A stretch of DNA of 32,865 nucleotides from Pseudomonadota bacterium (lineage in GTDB: Bacteria > Pseudomonadota > Gammaproteobacteria > Burkholderiales > Gallionellaceae), in contig JAJXWG010000001.1 of the NCBI GenBank assembly GCA_021781695.1, positions 1 through 32,865 of the forward strand. The letters run 5' to 3'. Position numbers and translations under genes: made by a program. Positions 27,476 through 32,865 of this stretch are shown piece after piece (position 1 is the stretch's first letter; each line of letters starts with the position of its first letter). The notes under the pieces are model-generated. The model worked only from the letters and a program-made list of their open reading frames with translations. It was not told where the DNA came from and searched no databases.

Positions 27476-29728
27476 TCAGGCAGCTACTGTCTCTTCCTCG
27501 AACTCCAGCACGACCTTGTCGTCCTTCACATCCACGGTGACCTTGCCGCCGTGCGCGAGTTTGCCGAACAGCAACTCGTCGGCAAGCGCCGAGCGTATCT
27601 TGTCCTGGATCAGGCGCGCCATGGGCCGGGCACCCATCAGAGGATCGAAGCCCTTCTCCGCCAGATGCGTTTTCAGCTCGTCGGTGAAGATGGCATCGAC
27701 CTTCTTGTCGTGCAGCTGTTCTTCAAGCTGCATCAGGAACTTGTCCACCACGCGCAGGATGACTTCCTTGTTAAGCGGTGCGAACGAGATGATAGCGTCG
27801 AGGCGGTTTCTGAATTCAGGCGTGAACATGCGCTTGATGTCGGCCATCTCGTCTCCAAGCGATGATGTCTTGGTGAAGCCGATCTGCGTCTTGTTCAGCG
27901 CTTCAGCACCCGCGTTGGTGGTCATGATGACCACCACGTTGCGGAAATCCGCCTTGCGCCCGTTATTGTCGGTCAGCGTGCCGTGATCCATCACCTGCAG
28001 CAGGATGTTGAAGACATCGGGGTGCGCTTTCTCGATTTCATCAAGCAGCAGCACGCAATGGGGTTGCTTGGTGATCGCTTCGGTAAGCAGCCCGCCCTGA
28101 TCGAAGCCGACATAGCCGGGGGGTGCGCCTATCAGGCGCGACACGGCATGGCGTTCCATGTATTCAGACATGTCGAAGCGGTGCAGCGGCATGCCCATCG
28201 CAAAGGCCAGCTGGCGCGCGACTTCGGTCTTGCCCACACCGGTAGGGCCCGAGAACAGAAAACTGCCTATCGGCTTGTTCGGATTGCCAAGCCCGCTGCG
28301 AGACATCTTGATTGCGGTAGCCAGCGCGTCTATGGCTGCATTTTGGCCAAAAACCACTGCCTTCAGATCTCGGTCCAGCGTCTTCAATGCATTGCGGTCA
28401 TCGTGCGACACGGTGCGCGTGGGGATGCGCGCGATCTTGGCGATGATCTCCTCGATCTCATGTTTGCCGACCACCTTTTTCTGCCTGGATTTGGGCAGGA
28501 TGCGCTGTGCTGCACCGGCTTCATCCAGCACGTCGATCGCCTTGTCCGGCAGATGGCGGTCGTTGATGAAGCGTGCGGAGAGCTCGGCAGCGCTGGTGAT
28601 TGCAGCAGAACTGAACTTGATGCTGTGATGCTGCTCGAAGTGCGACTTCAGTCCTTTCAGGATTTCGATGGTCTGTTCGACAGAGGGCTCGGACACGTCT
28701 ATCTTCTGGAAACGGCGAGACAGCGCGGAATCCTTTTCGAAGATGCCGCGATACTCCTGGTAAGTGGTCGCACCGATGCATTTCAATGCGCCGCTGGACA
28801 GTGCAGGTTTCAGAAGGTTGGACGCATCCATGGTGCCGCCCGACGCGGAACCTGCGCCGATCAGCGTGTGTATCTCGTCGATGAACAGGACGGCGTGTGG
28901 GGCATCCTTCAGTTCCTTCAGCACGGCTTTCAGCCTCTGCTCGAAGTCGCCACGGTATTTTGTGCCGGCAAGCAATGAGCCCATGTCCAGCGAGTAGACA
29001 TGCGCATCCTTGAGTATGTCAGGCACGCTGTCTTCGATGATGCGGCGCGCAAGCCCTTCCGCGATGGCGGTTTTTCCGACGCCTGCCTCGCCAACCAGCA
29101 ACGGATTGTTTTTGCGGCGGCGGCAAAGCGTCTGGATGACGCGCTCGAGTTCGGGTTCGCGTCCGATCAATGGGTCTATCTTGCCTGACAATGCCAGCGC
29201 ATTGAGATCCACCGTGTAATGTTTCAATGCGCTTTCTTCACTGGCCGCCTGCTCGGTTGCATTCTCACCCTGCGCCGGGGCAGGTGCTGCCTGGGGTTCC
29301 TTGCTGATGCCATGGACGATGTGGTTGACGACATCCAGACGGTTGATGTTGCGCTGGGTGAGGAAATGCACCGCATGCGAATCCTTTTCGCCAAACAGTG
29401 CAGCGAGTATGTTGGCACCCGAGACTTCCTTCTTGCTGGCCGATTGCGCATGCAGAATCGCGCGCTGAATGACGCGCTGGAAGCCTAACGTGGGCTGCGT
29501 ATCCATCTCGCTGTTGCCGGGAACGACGGGCGTGTTGTTGTCTATGAATTCCGTGACGACCTGGCGCAGCTCGTCAATATCCGCATGGCAGGCGCGCAGA
29601 ACCTGTGCTGCTGAAGCATTGTCAAGCATGGCCAGCAGCAGGTGTTCCACCGTGATGAACTCATGGCGCTTCTGGCGTGCTTCAACAAATGCCAGATGCA
29701 GACTCACTTCCAAATCCTGAGCAATCAT
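27476..29728 (-). CDS. clpA: ATP-dependent Clp protease ATP-binding subunit ClpA
   Basis: Start MIAQDLEVSLH at 29728 with GGAGG RBS inside the clpS end; HEFITVEHLLL, two AAA+ modules (GEAGVGKT, GPTGVGKT), IGF ClpP-binding loop. Confidence 0.97.
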   Translation of the reverse strand: MIAQDLEVSLHLAFVEARQKRHEFITVEHLLLAMLDNASAAQVLRACHADIDELRQVVTEFIDNNTPVVPGNSEMDTQPTLGFQRVIQRAILHAQSASKKEVSGANILAALFGEKDSHAVHFLTQRNINRLDVVNHIVHGISKEPQAAPAPAQGENATEQAASEESALKHYTVDLNALALSGKIDPLIGREPELERVIQTLCRRRKNNPLLVGEAGVGKTAIAEGLARRIIEDSVPDILKDAHVYSLDMGSLLAGTKYRGDFEQRLKAVLKELKDAPHAVLFIDEIHTLIGAGSASGGTMDASNLLKPALSSGALKCIGATTYQEYRGIFEKDSALSRRFQKIDVSEPSVEQTIEILKGLKSHFEQHHSIKFSSAAITSAAELSARFINDRHLPDKAIDVLDEAGAAQRILPKSRQKKVVGKHEIEEIIAKIARIPTRTVSHDDRNALKTLDRDLKAVVFGQNAAIDALATAIKMSRSGLGNPNKPIGSFLFSGPTGVGKTEVARQLAFAMGMPLHRFDMSEYMERHAVSRLIGAPPGYVGFDQGGLLTEAITKQPHCVLLLDEIEKAHPDVFNILLQVMDHGTLTDNNGRKADFRNVVVIMTTNAGAEALNKTQIGFTKTSSLGDEMADIKRMFTPEFRNRLDAIISFAPLNKEVILRVVDKFLMQLEEQLHDKKVDAIFTDELKTHLAEKGFDPLMGARPMARLIQDKIRSALADELLFGKLAHGGKVTVDVKDDKVVLEFEEETVAA

Positions 29729-29729
29729 T

Positions 29730-30038
29730 TCAAATTTCCTCCATGCTGCATCGTAACGGATGCCCGTGTTGTTGTGCAAATTCACTCACCTGAGTGACCT
29801 TGGTTTCAGCCACATCGCGGGTATATACCCCGCAGACCGCCGACCCCTGGTTGTGTATTTGGAGCATGAGTTGTTGAGCGCGTTCACTGTTGAGAGAAAA
29901 AAAACGTCGCAAAACTTCTATGACAAATTCCATCGTCGTGTAATCATCGTTGAACAAAAGCACCCTGAACATGCCCGGAGGCTTTGTCTTTGCGCGCTCA
30001 GGCGCCAGTGCCGTGTTGCTGTCTTGTTCTTTGGGCAT
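29730..30038 (-). CDS. clpS: ClpAP adaptor ClpS
   Basis: PPGMFRVLLFNDDYTTMEFV, MLQIH..G..VCG, AETKV, HPLRC; start MPKEQ at 30038 gives a typical ~102 aa. Confidence 0.95.
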   Translation of the reverse strand: MPKEQDSNTALAPERAKTKPPGMFRVLLFNDDYTTMEFVIEVLRRFFSLNSERAQQLMLQIHNQGSAVCGVYTRDVAETKVTQVSEFAQQHGHPLRCSMEEI

Positions 30039-30135
30039 ATCTTTAATGTTGTGTATTCTGACACTAATATACCTGACTATGTTAGCGATTAGCGATACTT
30101 TTTCAAGCCTGTTCTGCTGATCGTGAATCAACTAT

Positions 30136-30165
30136 TTGACAAATGCGGCAGAACAAGGGTTAAAT
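30136..30165 (+). promoter_or_regulatory. Putative sigma70 promoter of the csp gene
   Basis: Perfect TTGACA (30136-30141), 18-bp spacer, imperfect TTAAAT (30160-30165). Confidence 0.5.
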
Positions 30166-30276
30166 ACAAGCTGGTGTTTGATTCAAAGTATCTGCAGTAC
30201 TGGTTTTGCCGTGTGCGATCTTAGATTCAAACAGTTCGCGGGGGGGCCCCGTTTTTTCTTGTAAGGAAGTTATCAC

Positions 30277-30480
30277 ATGGCAACTGGTACAGTTAAATGG
30301 TTCAACGATGCAAAGGGTTTCGGCTTCATTACGCCAGATGATGGCAGTGAAGATCTATTCGCACATTTCTCCGCTATCAATATGAGCGGTTTCAAGTCAC
30401 TCAAAGAAGGCCAGAAGGTGACTTTTGAAGTTGTGCAGGGTCCAAAAGGCAAGCAAGCTTCTAACATCCAGGCGCCTTAA
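30277..30480 (+). CDS. cspD: Cold-shock domain protein (CspA family); probably the cspD positional orthologue
   Basis: KWFN, RNP1 KGFGFI, RNP2 LFAHF; divergent from clpS-clpA like E. coli cspD. The family call is firm; the symbol rests on synteny only. Confidence 0.85.
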   Translation: MATGTVKWFNDAKGFGFITPDDGSEDLFAHFSAINMSGFKSLKEGQKVTFEVVQGPKGKQASNIQAP

Positions 30481-30499
30481 GATTGCCCAGATGCTGGAG

Positions 30500-30525
30500 A
30501 AGCCCGGCGTTGCCGGGTTTTTTTT
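30500..30525 (+). terminator. Intrinsic terminator of the csp gene
   Basis: AAGCCCGGC-gtt-GCCGGG followed by T8. Confidence 0.9.
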
Positions 30526-30571
30526 CGCGTCTTTTTCGGACCAGAAGTTTCTCGTGTCCAACGCACTTCAC

Positions 30572-30601
30572 TTTAAATCGTCATATCAATAGGGCTATAA
30601 T
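30572..30601 (+). promoter_or_regulatory. Putative sigma70 promoter of asmA
   Basis: Perfect TATAAT at 30596-30601, weak -35 (TTTAAA/TTAAAT) 17-18 bp upstream. Confidence 0.4.
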
Positions 30602-30626
30602 CTTCGCCTGACTTGCGGGTGATGCG

Positions 30627-32819
30627 ATGAAAAAAATCGTCAAATACGGTCTGTTTGGTGCGGGTGCTGTCTTGGCGGTAGCCGTGGCGGGGGCGGCCTA
30701 TCTGGCGGCAACCTTCAATCCGAACGACTACAAGGCCCAGATCATCCATGCGGTTGAAGAGTCGCATCACCGCACCCTGCATCTGGACGGCGACATCAAA
30801 CTGCGCCTGTTTCCCTATATAGGCGCGAGCCTTGAACGAGCCTCGCTTTCCGAATTCAACAGCGAAAAGCAATTCGCATCCGTCGAGACGATCAAGGTTT
30901 CATTGGCGCTGATGCCGCTTTTGAGCCACAGGCTGGTCGTCGACGATGTGATCATTGCAGGCCTTTCCGCGCATGTGGTAAGACATAAAGACGGCACGAG
31001 CAATATCGACGATCTGATAAGCCGTGACCATAAAACCGAAAGCGCCAAGCAGCCTGTCAGTTTTGACATCGCCTCCGTTCTGATCAAGAAAACCAGTTTG
31101 ACCTATCGCGATGAGTCCACGGGTGCGGAGTACGCGATTGACAACCTCAAACTGGATACCGGGCGCATCGCTTATGGCGTGCCGACCAGGATAGATCTGT
31201 CTGTCCATGTGCAGGGCAATCAACCCAGACTGGATATCTACACGCAGCTTTCAGCCATGCTGACTTTTGATCCGGACAGGCAGCTTTACCGGCTGGCAGA
31301 TATGGATTTCAGGGTGAACGGCTTTTTGCTTGATATGAGCAATCTCAAGATGAACGCGAGCGGCAATGTCGCGCTTGCAGCAAAGGCACTGACTGCGGAC
31401 AAGTTTACGCTCGATGCCAGCGGCATGAGGGCGGGCTCACCCTTTGAAGCTGCGCTCAATCTGCCACAACTGATGGTTTCGAAAGAAAAGCTTTCCGGCA
31501 GCAACCTGACTTTCAACGCCAAGCTCGACAGCGGCAATATTGTCGCAAGTCTTTCCTTGCCGGATATTTCAGGCAATGCGCAGTCCTTCAGCGTGAGCAA
31601 ACTCCTGCTGGACTTGTCCGTGCAGATGCCCGACCAGGCTTTCAAGGTCAGGCTTGCTTCGCCCATGTCGGGGAATGTAGACGCGCAGCAATTTTCCCTT
31701 GGCAGCGCTGATGTGGCTGTGAGCGGCGTATTCGACAAGCTGCCGGGCAAATCAGTGAACAGTCGGATGAAAGGCAATCTTGGGGTGGACGCGAAGCGCG
31801 AAACGGTGCAAATCAATCTTTCCGGCGGCCTTTTGCAAAGTCAGGTCGCGGCAAAGCTCTCCGTGAGCGACTTTGCAAATCCATATATACAGTTTGATGT
31901 GGATGCGGATCAGCTGGATGCCGATCTTTATCTGCCGAAGAAAGCCAAGGCGAATCAGCCGGAGCAGCCGATAGACCTTTCCGCTTTTAAAAAGCTCAAT
32001 CTGGACGGCAGTCTGCGCATAGGCAGGCTCAAGGCCGAGAACATCCGTCTGAGCGATGTGCGTCTGAATGTGAAGGCGCACAAGGGGGTTGTGGATGTCA
32101 GCCCGCTGTCTGCAAGCCTGTATGGCGGCAGCATGAACGGCGGCTTGAGCGTGAATGCGCAGGCCGTTCCTGAGATTGCCGTTAACCAGAAGCTGGCAGG
32201 TATCGATGTCGCTGCATTGACCAAGGACGCAGCGGATTTCGACATGCTCGAAGGTCGCGGCAATGTCGCGATGAACCTTTCCATGCAGGGCAATACGGTG
32301 AGCCGCATGAAAAAAGCGCTGAACGGCAATCTGTCGCTCAATCTCGTTGACGGTGCAATCAAGGGGATCAATGTCGCAAAGGCGCTGCGCAATGCTCGGG
32401 GTATGTTGACCGGCGCGCAGACTCAGGCTGCCAACCGCAGCGAGAAGACGGATTTCTCCGAACTCAAGGCCACTTTTAAAATAAACAACGGCGTGGCGCA
32501 CAACGACGATCTGACGCTCAAATCGCCCCTGCTGCGAGTGGCGGGTTCGGGCGACATAGATATTGGCAATAACAGCATGAATTATCTGGCGAGAGCGACG
32601 CTTGCCAAAACGCTCGAAGGTCAGGGAGGGTTGGACCAGGTGGGCGGCATCACCGTGCCTGTGCGTATTGCCGGACCGTTTGACGGTCTGAAATACACGC
32701 TGGATTTTGGCGCGATGGTGAATGAGGCAGCGAAGCAGAAAGTCGAAGCCGCCAAGCAGGAGTTGAAGAAGAAGGCGCAGGAGCAGTTGAAAGACAGCCT
32801 GAAGGGCCTGTTCAGATAA
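30627..32819 (+). CDS. asmA: AsmA family protein
   Basis: N-terminal TM followed by FNPNDYKAQI, LDGDI.L.LFP, beta-rich body, LYGG, DGAIKGINV, TDFSEL.ATF.I.NGVAHNDDL...SPLL, VPVRIAGPF. Confidence 0.9.
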   Translation: MKKIVKYGLFGAGAVLAVAVAGAAYLAATFNPNDYKAQIIHAVEESHHRTLHLDGDIKLRLFPYIGASLERASLSEFNSEKQFASVETIKVSLALMPLLSHRLVVDDVIIAGLSAHVVRHKDGTSNIDDLISRDHKTESAKQPVSFDIASVLIKKTSLTYRDESTGAEYAIDNLKLDTGRIAYGVPTRIDLSVHVQGNQPRLDIYTQLSAMLTFDPDRQLYRLADMDFRVNGFLLDMSNLKMNASGNVALAAKALTADKFTLDASGMRAGSPFEAALNLPQLMVSKEKLSGSNLTFNAKLDSGNIVASLSLPDISGNAQSFSVSKLLLDLSVQMPDQAFKVRLASPMSGNVDAQQFSLGSADVAVSGVFDKLPGKSVNSRMKGNLGVDAKRETVQINLSGGLLQSQVAAKLSVSDFANPYIQFDVDADQLDADLYLPKKAKANQPEQPIDLSAFKKLNLDGSLRIGRLKAENIRLSDVRLNVKAHKGVVDVSPLSASLYGGSMNGGLSVNAQAVPEIAVNQKLAGIDVAALTKDAADFDMLEGRGNVAMNLSMQGNTVSRMKKALNGNLSLNLVDGAIKGINVAKALRNARGMLTGAQTQAANRSEKTDFSELKATFKINNGVAHNDDLTLKSPLLRVAGSGDIDIGNNSMNYLARATLAKTLEGQGGLDQVGGITVPVRIAGPFDGLKYTLDFGAMVNEAAKQKVEAAKQELKKKAQEQLKDSLKGLFR

Positions 32820-32865
32820 GCCGTTCATTCGGCGACTTTATTTTGCCGTCTGTCGGCGGCATTGC

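Noticed and set aside
29729-30131. Extended starts for clpA (29785) and clpS (30131)
   Set aside because: They overlap clpS or promoter DNA; typical N-termini begin at 29728 and 30038.
30117-30131. FNR-box-like CTGAT-N5-ATCAA
   Set aside because: Spacer is 5 rather than 4 bp and one half-site mismatches.

Overview
Chromosomal window from a betaproteobacterium. Gene order and protein sequences suggest Gallionellaceae/Nitrosomonadales (inference, not verified). Most of it is conserved core: 5' part of mrcA (PBP1A, running off the left edge and absent from the ORF track), divergent pilMNOPQ-aroK-aroB-dgt, then carA-carB-greA, yhbY, rlmE-ftsH-folP-glmM, gluQ-clpA-clpS, a cold-shock gene and asmA. 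Between dgt and carA lies a ~7.5 kb accessory-looking block: a TPR + ATP-grasp protein, kup, a translationally coupled pair of a TorT-like periplasmic binding protein and a membrane HAMP-GGDEF diguanylate cyclase, a PsiF-repeat protein and a stand-alone cyclic-nucleotide-binding protein. The best candidate for an undescribed system is the TorT-like/diguanylate cyclase pair, which looks like a LuxPQ/TorTS-style receptor wired to c-di-GMP output. The main non-coding observation is a family of 7-bp-periodic palindromic intergenic elements (three copies). Two of them bracket greA and share a ~26-bp core in inverted orientation. Terminator-like hairpins also sit inside the carA and csp leaders. I saw no rRNA, tRNA, CRISPR array, transposase or integrase.
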